Below, piece after piece: positions 11,946 to 24,210 of a DNA stretch of 64,000 nt. Source of the stretch: Octopus vulgaris (taxonomy: Eukaryota); assembly GCA_951406725.2 (NCBI GenBank), contig OX597818.1:49352001-49416000 (forward strand), in the 5' to 3' direction. Below the pieces are notes generated by a model. That model saw nothing but the letters and a program-made list of their open reading frames with translations, was not told the DNA's origin and made no database searches. The position numbers and the translations under genes are program-made. Positions within the stretch are counted from its first letter, which is position 1, and each line of letters starts with the position of its first letter.

Positions 11946-12283
11946 AATATTCACAAGATTCAAATACGCTTAGAATTTTCATTGTTTTGTTTCAACTGTT
12001 GTATGCTAAGATTAAGCACTTAATGTTTAGTTTGTAATCATACTTGTCTTCAGAACACAACTAAACATAAACACCCATGCTAGCATGGAAAGCGGACATT
12101 AAATGATGATGATGATGATGATGATGATGACATGTGGTAAAAAAATTTGTTATCACTTATTGTCAATGTATTGCAGTTTATTGTTATCAATGTATTACAT
12201 TTCTGTTTCTTGTTTTATGCTTTTTTTTCTTTTCTTTTCTTCTCATATTGAAACGTAAATTTTCTAATCTGTCTGATTTACAG

Positions 12284-13215
12284 TGATACTTCAAAGAAGA
12301 AAATGTTTGAAATATTTACAGTGCACCAACGTAAACCAGGACACAGCTCAGCAACAAGGCTTGGTTATATGTTTCCCTCACCCCATGGAGCACTGTGCTG
12401 CCGTCAAAGAACTAACTATAATGCTAAACAGTTATACAAGTTTACATGTAAGAAGTTCCCACAAAATGAAATTAAAAAGAAACAAATTGCTTAAGAAACA
12501 AATTCAACATGTTTATGACTATTTCAACACCTTCATTATTGTTCATTCAGATGGTCTGTATTATCACTGCCAGAATGAGGGGAAAAATGGAATTGGTCAA
12601 GAAATGGCTGATTTTACAATTGAGCTTGTTAAATTCTGCACTAAAGATAATATAAATCAATCAAAGAACATTTTTCATGTAACATTTGAAGATCTGAGTA
12701 ATTTTGAAAATTCTCAGTTATGCTCAGATTCCCAAGAAAATATGTATTACTTATACAGGCCAAATGTTTTGGCAAATAATAATAGTCTGGACTTGAATCA
12801 AATTGAAAATCTCTTGTGTGACATAAATGACCAACAGTCTGAAATACAGCCAAGTAGATCCCATGTAAAATTCCAAATGAACTGGAAAGAAAGTCGAGAA
12901 ATACAAAATTTAAATGATGCTTTAGTTTCTCGAGACTATAAACAAAGGATGTTTCCCAATTGGTACACTGACATGTTCCCCAAATTTGAAATTTATGATA
13001 CTTTGTCTAATTTCAATTTTGACAAGAATTCAAAAGTTTCTGACTGTATGTCATTTGAAGTATATAAAAAAAATACATTTACAAACTCTAGACTGAACGG
13101 AAGTGACAGCGTAAGCCATACTGTTTCAGAAGCGGGGAATGATCAGTTATCTGCTTTCTTGGAGAGGATTAATGAAAGAAATGACAGAAATGTACAAAGT
13201 ACAATTGAGTGTTAG
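12284..13215 (+). CDS. Terminal coding exon: cytoplasmic SEFIR-like domain plus C-terminal tail, IL-17 receptor-like protein
   Basis: Acceptor tttacag after a pyrimidine tract; 310-codon open frame. GLVICFPHPMEHCAAVKELTIMLNSY, FIIVHSDG and YYL...IENLLCDI resemble SEFIR motifs (V-x-I-x-Y...H...V..LA..L; IIVxS-x-G). Domain call made by eye. Confidence 0.75.
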
Positions 13216-13816
13216 TGGATAATTTGCTGATCAAATATTTCAGAGGACACAAGCCAGATTACAAGCTTGATGTTACAATTCATATAAGAGTGGCATTTAA
13301 GAGAACCTATTACATGGGCATGGTAAACATTATGAGTATTTTTGTACTAGAAATGCTCAGACAGCTCCCTAATAATTGTTAATAACTTCTTTTATCTAGG
13401 CAACCAAATCAGGAGTGGAAGTGGGTATACCAAATGCATGGAGGTGAGTAAGGATGAGGTGAAGAAATTTCAGGGAGCTACTACTTCTACAGATAAAAGA
13501 AGGGTTTCTTTTTCAGAATGAAGGGCAGACTGTATGATGTTTATGCATGGTGATAAAACATGAGCCTCTCGTAAATGCAGAGATTTTTGTGAGGACTGGA
13601 AAGACATGCAGCAAACATGTTCAACTGAATGCGTGATGTTAGTGTGTACAATTAATACAATATAAATGAACTGGAAGAAAAGTCAAATATAAAAGGAATC
13701 AGACATGGTGTGCAAGGGAGAATATTGCACTTGTCTGGGCAAGTGATGTCCATGGATGATGACTGTTGTATATATATGATAAGTACTGAGCAATCAAAGT
13801 AGATGCAACACAGATG

Positions 13817-14130
13817 GAAATCCGAGCTGTGCTCTGATTTCCAAAGCAATATCTATTACTTATACAGGCCAAATGTTTTGGGAAATAATAATAGTCTGGA
13901 CTTGAATCAAATTGAAAATCTCTTGTGTGACATAAATGACCAACAGTCTGCAATACAACCAAGTAGATACTATATAAAATTCCAAATGAACTGGAAAGAA
14001 AGTCGAGAAATACAATATAGTTTCTCGAGACTATAAACAAAGGATGTTTCCTAATTGGTACACTGACATGTTCCCCAAATCTGAAATTAATGATACTTTG
14101 TCTAACTTCAGTTTTGACAAGGCTTCAAAA
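13817..14130 (+). pseudogene. Partial duplicate of the SEFIR exon (copy of ~12707-13035) with a frameshift
   Basis: Near-identical to the YYLYRPNVL...FDK segment; 16 nt (aatttaaatgatgctt) replaced by ta, net -14, breaking the frame. Confidence 0.85.
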
Positions 14131-14316
14131 ATAACAGATTAAAAATAATTATTCCTGGGAAAGTAGTGTGAATTTAGATTTCCAGTCAAATAATTTTGTT
14201 TCTGGATCCATATACATATTCAGATAATATTTCAGACACTAAAACAGTAACAAAATATCTGTATTTCTCAAGAAAATTAATTACAATAACATTTGATATC
14301 TTTCAGTTAAATGTCA

Positions 14317-14531
14317 TTAAAATGTAAATATGTCCAAAACATGAGGAGGACCATGTTGATAATACTTGGAATTAAATAACTGTACAATCTCTGATGGAAC
14401 CAAAAGCTTTGTAGATGTGGAATTGGAATTAACATAAGTATAATAGTTAAAATGAAGATTAAAATTGCAGGGTCCAGAGAATGTTGCCATGAAGACTAGA
14501 TAGTCTAACATTTCAGGTTCTTGTTCTTCAG
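14317..14531 (-). CDS. Candidate terminal exon of the minus-strand gene
   Basis: Acceptor ttttattctattttag, phase 1; 70 further open codons EEQEPEMLDYLVF...HVLDIFTF then stop. Confidence 0.3.
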
Positions 14532-14849
14532 CTAAAATAGAATAAAATGATAAAGTTATTATTTTTTTTCCCTTCTTCATATTTAAATCAAGAGGAAGGT
14601 ACTGCACATGGCCCTTCACAGAGGCATCCTGGACCACTGGGAGGGAGGAAGGGAGTTATCTTCAGACTGGAGATTTGGCACAAATGCTTGCAATGGTGTA
14701 TATTCCGCTAATGGCACCAAGGGTACCGGGTATTTGTGTTAAATTAGGTGATAGATTAAGTCTACTACTCAAGTAGATCATGGTGAGATTTGAACTCAGA
14801 ATATCAAGAGCTGAAACAAATACTATAAAGCATCCAATTCAACATTCTT

Positions 14850-15839
14850 ACAAGAAGGTAGAGAACATTCATCCACCCATGACGATGAGCATTTGAAAAC
14901 AATACAGCTTTCTGGAACCTAACCAGAGCATTACATCAGAAGTTTACTTGTAAGTAACTGGAAGAAGTGCATGTTCACTTGAGCAAAATGAGACCTGCAC
15001 TTGTTAATCGATGTGGCCCAATTCTTATTTCTTTATTGCCCACAAGGGGCTAAACATAGAGGGGACAAACAAGGACAGACAAAGGGATTAAGTCGATTAC
15101 ATCGGCCCCCGTGTTCTCAGTTGGTACTTAATCATCGACCCTGAAAGGATGAAAGGCAAAGTTGACCTCAGTGGAATTTGAACTCAGAATGTAGCGGCAG
15201 ACGAAATACCTATTTCTTTACTACCCACAAGGGGCTAAACACAGAGAGGACAAACAAGGACAGACAAAGGGATTAAGTCGATTACATCAACCCAGTGCAT
15301 AACTGGTACTTAATTTATTGGCCCCAAAAGGATGAAAGGTAAAGTCAACCTCGGCGGAATTTGAACTCAGAACGTCGTGGCAAACAAAATACCGCTAAGC
15401 ATTTCACGCGGTGTGCTAGTGTTTCTGCCAGCTTGCTGCCTTCGATGAGGCCTGATTCTGCTCCACAACAACACTTGACTACAAGTTTCCAGGATGACCT
15501 ACAGAAGCTCACAGACTTGGGATAAGAGACTTTACCACATCTTCCATATTCTCCCAACTCTTTCGTCCACCAACTATCACATTTTTAAACATCTAGACAC
15601 TATTTTTAAAGCAAAAAACCTTCCGTTCCAAAACAAAGGTCAAACTGAATTCAAGAATTTCTTGGCATCAAAACCTTTGGATTTTTATTGAAGCGACATA
15701 AATGAATTTGTTAATTAATGGGAGAAATACATAACTGTTCATGGATCATATTTTGAATAATTAAACCTTTGTCTAAGTTCAGTTTTTCAAGAATGTAGGC
15801 TTATTTTTAAAATCAGCCATTATTTTCTGAACAACCTAA
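14850..15839 (+). mobile_element. Decayed mariner (Mos1-like) transposon interrupted by a SINE A dimer
   Basis: Relics of GPIL, HxPYSPxLSxxxYHIFKHLD and a terminal ...ttttctgaacaacctaa TIR-like end. Confidence 0.65.
15025..15441 (-). mobile_element. SINE A dimer
   Basis: Full monomer plus headless second unit; junction gacgaaatac|ctatttc near 15209. Confidence 0.85.
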
Positions 15840-16298
15840 AACATTAAAACATTTGCATTTGTACCAAGGCAAAAGAAATTATGAACAAAATAGTATTTTT
15901 GAAAAGTGATCATGTATAAAACAATGTTTATCCTTTTTTAGACATTACTTTTATTTCACTTATAATTGCTTCCATCACAGTGCCAAATTTATGGTATCAT
16001 AATAAAATTAATGAGGGTGGTGGGGAGGCTGAATTTCTAGAATGTTTGACAAATCGTCACTAGGTAATTAGTTATGTCTTTTAATATTCTGTGTTCAAAT
16101 TCTACCTTTTGTCCCTCCAGAGTTGATAAAATAAAACACTAATCGAGTACTGAACCTCTCCTCTAAATTCTGGTCTTGTCTGTATATTTAGATATTGTCA
16201 CAATGGGATGAATACACAGTAAAGCTTATTAAATTAATTTATTATACATTAACTTATACATGCTTATTATAAATAAATAAACCAATAGTTTACAGCAA

Positions 16299-16342
16299 CC
16301 ATCATCATCATCATCATCATCATCATTGCCATCATCTATCAC

Positions 16343-16387
<45 letters not shown>

Positions 16388-16605
16388 TGCCATCACCACC
16401 ACTGACTTTATCATCATTATTGCTATTGTCAATACTATCACCACCAGTATCCTCATCATTGTCATCATCATCATCATTGCCATCATCATCATCATTATTG
16501 TCATTGTTGCCATTATTGTTGTCGTTGTCATCGTCATCATCATTGTAGTTATCATTGTCATCATCATCATTGTTGTTATCATTGTCGTCATCATCATCAT
16601 CATCA
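16299..16605. repeat. Long imperfect (CAT/ATT/GTT)n trinucleotide array
   Basis: Directly visible; source of the spurious poly-M and poly-I ORFs. Confidence 0.95.
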
Positions 16606-17807
16606 TTTTCAAAGTTCCTTGTCGATCATGTTTACTAACTTGAGATGTTAAAATTTAGTGATATCAAGTCTCTTCAGCTCTCAAGCATTTTGGAAAAAAT
16701 TCTTGCAGAATAAATAAACAGTGAAAACTAGATCTCAGTTCCAATGTCTCTTAGTCTCTTGACCAACTGATGTGGTGTGTTTCATTGTTGGTGCTGCATG
16801 ACTCATGTCTCAGTTCTATAGCCCAGTTTCTTTTCATTATACCACTACCATATTTCTGTAGCAAAACCTTTGATCCGACATTATCAGTATTTTTTATTTT
16901 TTGTGGTGGGGGTCTCTATTTTAATCATATCTGGTTTCCCTGTATCTGTTACATGATCAGTTTAGGGAAAGGGAACTTATCTATTATAGTAACCCTAGTG
17001 TTCAACTGGGACTTCTTTTATCAACCCCAAAGGATGCAAGTCAAAGTTGACCTCAGTGGGAATTGAACTCAGAATGTAAAGACAGACGAAATGCTGCTAA
17101 GCATTTCGCTCGGCCAGCTCACCGCCTTAGGTCGCTGATAATAATAAAAGTCAGTGAAACATAATCAGTGCATGTTTTTATTGACAAAATGACCCTCCCA
17201 TGGTGCAAAAAACGTGTTTCAACAGAAGATTTTTACATCAAGGATCCAGAAAAAACAAATACAAGAACGAAATTACCAACGTTCCTATTTAATAAATAAT
17301 AAATAAACATTTTCAGAGGCTGGCTTTAAAGATAAAGTTTACCATTATTTATAAATGATAACTTTAAAATTACATTTATATAAAAAAAAATTAAATATAT
17401 GAAAAAGCTTCGTAAATTTATAAACCAAGGGAAATAACTCTATTTTTAGATTCAAGGGAGATGATACTTTTCACAAGATTTCTTTTTTTTTTTTTGGCGG
17501 TAACTTTTTGGAGACTGAATTGATTGAATCGACGCCAAAATGTAAATTCCGTTATTTCTTTCTAAAACTATGATTTTCCAACAAATGTTAATTTACAGAT
17601 AATCCCACGAAACATTAGCTGCATCTGTCTCTTTAACTTCTTTAATTTGGGAATGCACATATTGTTTTCATCATTATCAACATCATTTAACGTCCGCTTT
17701 CCATGCTGGCATGGGTTAGACGGTTTGACTGGAACTGGTAAGCCAAAGAGCAGCACCAGGATGTTTTTTGAAAATAGACTTTTAAAAATTTCTTTTTCAA
17801 AAAAGCT

Positions 17808-17885
<78 letters not shown>
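17808..17885. repeat. (TA)n microsatellite
   Basis: Directly visible; others at ~29529-29712, 57240-57312 and 62310-62346. Confidence 0.95.
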
Positions 17886-17887
<2 letters not shown>

Positions 17888-18012
17888 TGAATGAATTATC
17901 CTATGTTTATCGTCAGCATGGAAAATTTGGAATGAAAACATGTTGTCTTCGAAACATATGTCGAGAGTAAAGGAATTTTGTTAACATCTTCGTTCGACTC
18001 CATTCTTTCATT

Positions 18013-18046
<34 letters not shown>

Positions 18047-18085
18047 GCAAATGAAAGACAGAAGATGGAATATACGAGAATTTAT

Positions 18086-18155
18086 ACAATTGTTTCGACA
18101 CATCTAGCATCGATTCCTCATGAGGAATCGATGCTAGATGTGTCGAAACAATTGT
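18086..18155. repeat. Perfect 70-bp spacer-less palindrome
   Basis: acaattgtttcgacacatctagcatcgattcctca|tgaggaatcgatgctagatgtgtcgaaacaattgt, centre between 18120 and 18121. Confidence 0.97.
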
Positions 18156-19519
18156 CATGATTAATAATCATTATTTGTGACTGTGCTTTTATATCTATGT
18201 ATATATATATGTGTGTGTGGGGGTCTAACCCATGCTAGCATGGAAAGCAGACGTTAAACAATGATGATGATGATGATGATGATATATTCACACATGTACT
18301 TCTATACATAGAGAAATATATATGGGTATATAAATATATATATATGGGTATGTATATGTATACACACACACACACACACACATCATTACTTCCTTCTAGA
18401 GATCACTGTGGAATTTGGAAGAGAGATAGGGTTGAATGAATTGACTAACCCCCACCACCTCAGGTTTGAGAGAGAGGGAAAGAGAGAGGAATGACCTGGA
18501 TTTCCAACTTTTTATTTATCAACTCTGATAAAGGGTGAAAGGCAAAACTGGTCTCAGCAGTATATGAATTCAGAGCATATAGAAACAGAAAATATCGCAA
18601 GGAATTCTCTTTTACACTCTAATGACTTTGTCAATGGACCCCCTTAATGGTTAGTGATAATGGTTAGTCCACATTACTCTGTAAGGACCATGGGTCCAGT
18701 TTCCTGTTTCTCTGGCAGTCCATCACAAGATTACTCATTTTTAGTAGCAGATTAGAATGGAGCAGCACGAAATAAAGTGTTTTGCTCAAGATTGTGAGTC
18801 CAACACTCTAACAACTAAGCCATGTACAGCTACTAATTGTGATGGCTCAGTGGTTAGAACATCAGGCTCATAATCGTAAGGTAGTGAGTTTGATTCCCAG
18901 ACTGGGCTGAGTGTTGTGTTCTGGAGCAAGACACTTTATTTCACCTTGTTCCAGTTCACTCAGCTGTAGAAATGAGTTGCAACATCACTGGTGCCAAGCT
19001 GTGTTGGCCTTTGCCTCTCCCTTGGATGACATTGAATTTTTTATTACCCACAGGGGGCTATATACAGAATGGGACGATACAAAACATGACAAAAATAAAA
19101 TTGGGGAACTTAAAATACAAAAAGAAGATGAATAAAGATAAAAAAATATAAGAAACGAATGAAAATACTAAAGAATATAAATGTGGTACAATACCCACCG
19201 GACCCTCGAGTGGTTACATTTTGACAATTTTTCCCTGCTGTGACAAGCAGTGTTTAGGCAGGGTGTGTTCAAAGTGCTGTTACAGTCATCTCCTTCAATC
19301 TGGAATAACAAAAGTTGGTAGGTCAGCTTCTAAGTTGTATGGTAAGGATGTACTAAAATTACAATAATGTAGAACAGTTATGACTGCCTCTGCTGAAAAA
19401 GTCTCCAAACTTCTGGAATGCACCTTGTAAATCAATCTAAGCTGCTGTCTGCTGTTCATGGTAGGAATAAAAATATTCAGGCTGTCAATACTTTATTCGA
19501 AAACTTGTGTTATGCCCTC

Positions 19520-19726
19520 TCTTTTACTCTTTTACTTGTTTCAGTCACTTGACTGTGGCCATGCTGGAGCACCACCTTTAGTCGAAGAAATCAACCCCAG
19601 GACTTATTCTTTGTAAGCCTAGTACTTATTCTATCGGTCTCTTTTGCTGAACCGCTAAGCTACAGGGACGTAAACACACCAGCAATGGAGTCAAGCAATG
19701 TTGGGGGTACAAACACAGACGCACAA

Positions 19727-19772
<46 letters not shown>

Positions 19773-19960
19773 ACACACACATATATACATATATACGACG
19801 GGCTTCTTTCAGTTTCCATCTACCAAACCCATTCACAAGGCTTTGGTTGGCTCGAGGCTATAGTAAAAGACACTTGCCCAAGGTGCCACACAGTGAGACT
19901 GAACCCAGAACAATGTGGCTGGTAAACAAGGTACTTACCACACAGCCACTCCTACGCCTA
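19520..19960 (-). mobile_element. SINE family B
   Basis: Full-length match. Confidence 0.9.
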
Positions 19961-20227
19961 TGCAGAGTTTTTTTCTTTTCTTTTCCAGGAAGCAAAATGG
20001 ACCTCACCACTTTTCCAGCAATGTAGTTTATGATATCTTTTTCATTTTTTTTCTTCTCCTTGTTTCAGTCGACTGGACTGTGGCCATGCTGGGGCACCAG
20101 CTTGAAGGATTTTAGTCAAACAAGTCAACCCTAGTACTAGATTGTTAATTATGTACACTGAAGCAGTCTTATGGGCTGATACCATATAGATGTTGCTGTA
20201 CCATAAAAGAAGAAATACAGAAATTTA

Positions 20228-20705
20228 CCTGTGCCAGTGGCACGTAAAAAGCACCATCCAAACGTGGCCGATGCCAGCGCCACCTTAACTGGCTTCTGTG
20301 CCAGTGGCACGTAAAAAGCACCCACTACACTCACGGAGTGGTTGATGTTAGGAAGGGCATCCAGCTGTAGAAACACTGCCAGATCAGACTGGAGCCTGGT
20401 GCAGCCTCCGGGCTTCCCAGACCCTGGTCGAACTGTCCAACCCATGCTAGCACGGAAAACGGACGTTAAACAATGATGATGATGAGGCAGAAAACAATTT
20501 TCAGAGATTGTTGTCAGCATCATTATTATCATTTAACATCCATGTTTCATGCTGGCACAGGTGGGCAGTTTGACAGAATCCAGTGGGTCCAAAGGTTGCA
20601 TCATTTCTTAGTGTCTGCTTTGGCATGGTGTCTATGACAGGATGCTGTTCCTAACACCAACTATTTTACAACATGTATTGGATGCATTTCTCATTCTACC
20701 AGTAC
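20228..20705. mobile_element. Inverted pair of RTE 3' UTR fragments
   Basis: 20228-20484 on + with (GAT)n tail; ~20520-20705 diverged copy on -. Confidence 0.7.
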
Positions 20706-20895
20706 TAGTCACATAGCCATGCAGCAGGCAAGAGTACAAAACCTAAGGTGGTGGTGTTTTTTATGCTTGGAGATGAGGGTTAAGGTAGAAGAAAAAGGGG
20801 TTAGGCAAAGCAGATCTTCTGAAATACTAAATATCATAAACAACATTTACTCCACCACTATCTCCCTTTGTTAAATTCTCCTCATCTTCTTACCT

Positions 20896-21200
20896 GGTGG
20901 AGGCACATGGCTTAGTGGTTAGAGCAGCGGACTCGCGGTCGAAGGATCGCGGGTTTGAATCTCAGACTGGGCGATGTGTGTGTTTATGAGCGAAACACCT
21001 AAGCTCCATGCAGCTCCGGCAGAAGGTAATGGCAAACTTCCACTGACTCTTTCGCCACAACTTTCTCTCACTCTTTCCTCCTGCATCTTGCAGCTCACCT
21101 GCGACAGACCGGCGTTCTGTCCAGGTGGGGAACCTATACGCCAAGGAAACCAGGAAACCGGCCCATATGAGCCAGGCGTGGCTTGAGAAGGAACAAACAA
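20896..21200 (+). mobile_element. SINE family D (tRNA head, V-domain-like cctgcgacggaccggcgt.c.gtccagg, acaa tail)
   Basis: A/B boxes; 13-bp TSD catcttcttacct (20883-20895 / 21201-21213). Confidence 0.9.
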
Positions 21201-21211
21201 CATCTTCTTAC

Positions 21212-21337
21212 CTAGACCTGCCAAGTTTGAACGATCCTTTGTACAGTTATACACAGGTAGTACTGATCTCACTACCCTTCCAAGTTTCCCTTCAGTTGCT
21301 GTCCTTAAATTTACTTTATTATTCATTAAACTGTCCT
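21212..21337 (-). CDS. Candidate exon of a minus-strand gene of unknown product
   Basis: T-rich tract plus ggacag acceptor, strong donor tag|gtaaga; 126 nt, phase 1-1; DSLMNNKVNLRTATEGKLGRVVRSVLPVYNCTKDRSNLAGL. Confidence 0.4.
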
Positions 21338-22002
21338 CTGTCCAAGGGTGTGAACAATAAAAAAAGTTGAAATTCAGAAGTTATCTCTCTGATCTATTTT
21401 CCATCTCAAACATATCCAAAGAAAGAATAATTAATAATGGCCTACAAAACCTTGAATTCCTATCTATCTTCAGCAGTTATTTTTACGCTAAACAACACGA
21501 GTTAATGAGAAAACCTCGAAATAGTTACTTGAGCTGCTAAAATTAAAAGCCAAATTTCCCTCAGAATAAACCAACTGTTTAAAAAATGGTTAGACTCTTT
21601 GGATGCACTCAAGTGATAATAATAAAAAAAAAAACAGCTGGCTAATGAACAACAATGCTATTGATTATTTGTTATCAGGGCTGTCTGTAGGATTAAACAA
21701 TCCTTTACATACTTCAAAAAATTGATTGGTTCAATTATTTCTGTGAATACATTTATAGGTTTATACAACCTGACACTAAACTACACAGCATTGCTGAATT
21801 TTCTAGGCTAAGTCAACCAGAACATTGAAAGTGCCAACATGGATTGATTTAAGGTATGGAGAATGTTTGAACCACAGAAACTGTTGTAGCTGGAATACAG
21901 ATTTAGAAGAAAGTTGAAATTTGTTTGAATCCATTGTTGTAATTTTGTTTGTGTTAGCTTATCCTCATCCCAAGGACAAACATGGGAAATTATTTGCATA
22001 GA

Positions 22003-22415
22003 AGGCGGCGAGCTGGCAGAAATGTAAGCATGCCGGGCGAAGTGCGAATCAGTATTTCGTCTGCCGTTACATTCTGAGTTCAAATTCCGCCGAGGTCGAC
22101 TTTGCCTTTCATCCTTTCAGGGTCGATAAATTAAGTACCAGTTATACACTGGGGTCGATATAATCGACTTAATCCGTTTGTATGTCCTTGTTTGTCCCCT
22201 CTGTGTTTAGCCCCTTGTGGGTAGTAAAGAAATAGGTGTTTCGTCTGCCATTACGTCCCGAGTTCAAATTCCGCGGATGTTGACTTTGCCTTTCATCCTT
22301 TTGGGGTTGATAAATTAAGTACCAACTGAGAACACGGGGTTCGATGTAATCGACTTAATCCCTTTGTCTGTCTTTGTTTGTCCCCTCTATGTTTAACCCC
22401 TTGTGGGTAATAAAG
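22003..22415 (+). mobile_element. SINE A dimer
   Basis: Junction aaagaaatag|gtgtttcgtctg near 22235. Confidence 0.85.
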
Positions 22416-22436
22416 ACACAAGTAAATGCAGGTTAC

Positions 22437-22574
22437 TGGGTGTGTGTACTGTGTAATTAGAACTGTCTGCAAGTTGAAGTTCCCCAAACAAGTACCACTG
22501 AAATTCATGACAAGATATAAGACATCGAAAAATATCTCCTTTCATCACATAATAGAGTGACATGCTTAACTGTA
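22437..22574 (-). CDS. Candidate exon of a minus-strand gene of unknown product
   Basis: Strong acceptor ggtcttgttttctcag, weak donor a|gtaacc; 138 nt, phase 1-1, open frame QLSMSLYYVMKGDIFRCLISCHEFQWYLFGELQLADSSNYTVHTP. Confidence 0.3.
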
Positions 22575-22874
22575 CTGAGAAAACAAGACCAATACAAAAC
22601 AACATATGCCAATGTAATCACAATATGTATTTTATACATAGACATCAAAATGACAATAACTGTGTCAATGACAAGATCATAGTTAGGCAATGAAAATTCT
22701 GACACACCAAAAAATATGTGTAAAGTGAATTAACACCCAAACACTTGCATGTGATTCAGGAGTGGTGCAGTGAACAATTTAAATAGATGTCAACATTTAT
22801 ATTTTTCACATAAATATCTGCACAATATTGAAAAGAATTTGCTCTTCATGTAAACAAATTAACATCTACATATA

Positions 22875-23273
22875 GGCGCAGGAGTGGCTGTGTGGTAAGT
22901 AGCTTGTTTACCAACCGCATGGTTCCGGGTTCAGTCCCACTGCGTGACACCTTGGGCAAGTGTCATCTACTATAGCCTCGGGCCGACCAAAGCCTTGTGA
23001 GTGGATTTGGTAGATGGAAACTGTAAGAAGCCCGTCGTATATATGTATATATATATATGCGTGTGTGTGTTTGCGTGTCTGTATTTGTCCCCCGAGCATT
23101 GCTTGACAACCGATGCTGGTGTGTTTATGTCCCCGTAACTTAGCGGTTCGGCAAAAGAGACCAATAAAATAAGTACTGGGCTTACAAAAGAAAAAGTCCC
23201 GGGGTTGAGTTGGTCGATTAAAGGCGGTGCTCCAGCATGGCTGCAGTCAAATGACTGAAACAAGTAAAAGAGT
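22875..23273 (+). mobile_element. SINE family B
   Basis: Full-length match. Confidence 0.9.
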
Positions 23274-23812
23274 AATACTGCAAAATAGTGCTCTGACTCA
23301 CATTTGACCTGTGATTGCTAAGATATCTCTCACAGACAATGCAGAAACAAAAGCTGTGACAAGCTTCAGCACTCTTGAATGTATTAACAGTTAGAATGGA
23401 ACAAGTAACATTCCAACGTATAATAACATTCAAATCCAGAAGTTAGAGAACAATGATATGATTTACAAGATCCAGGCATGACCTGGATCTAAATGGTAAC
23501 CAAAGAAACAGAAATTAACAACAGAGCCTCCAAGTCATCATTTGACCTGCTAAAAAGCAGCCAACTCTCCCTCAACTCACACTCTACAATCTTTGGAAAG
23601 TAAAAGCAACATTGAATAACAAGGTCCTTGATGGACTGATTAAAGATGCAATGACCATAGCTTGAAAGCTTTGTTTATTGGTTTGCTCACAACTGATTGT
23701 CATAATGGGAACCAAACAGTAAACAATATAATCCTACTTAGATATATATGGAAAAATGATGGAAAGGTCATGGCTGGAATACCTTTGCTCATACATAAGT
23801 CTGATCTATCTT

Positions 23813-24210
23813 ATTTCTTTACTGCCCACAAGAGGCTACACACAGAGGAGACAAACAAGGACAGACAAATGGATTAAGTCGATTATATCAAACCCAGTGT
23901 GTAACTGGTACTTAATTTATCAACTCCGAAAGGATGAAAGGCAAAGTCGACCTCAGCAAAATTTGAACTCAGAACGTAGCGGCAGACGAAATACCTATTT
24001 CTTTACTAACCACAAGGGGCTAAACACAGAGAGGACAGACAAACGGATTAAGTCGATTATATCAACCCCAGTGCGTAACTGGTGCTTATTTACTTGACCC
24101 TGAAAGGATGAAAGGCAAAGTCAACCTCGGCGGAATTTGAACTCAGAACATAACGGCAGACGAATAACCGCTAAGCATTTCTCCCAGGGTGCTAACAATT
24201 CTACCAGCTC
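23813..24210 (-). mobile_element. SINE A dimer
   Basis: Junction gacgaaatac|ctatttc near 23994. Confidence 0.85.

Noticed and set aside
16229-16643. Poly-Met and poly-Ile ORFs
   Set aside because: Translations of a (CAT)n array; no splice or homology support.
19150-19460. Minus-strand Cys-containing frame IEGDDCNSTLNTPCLNTACH and an adjacent 54-aa frame
   Set aside because: Phase does not fit the other minus-strand candidates; no recognisable family.
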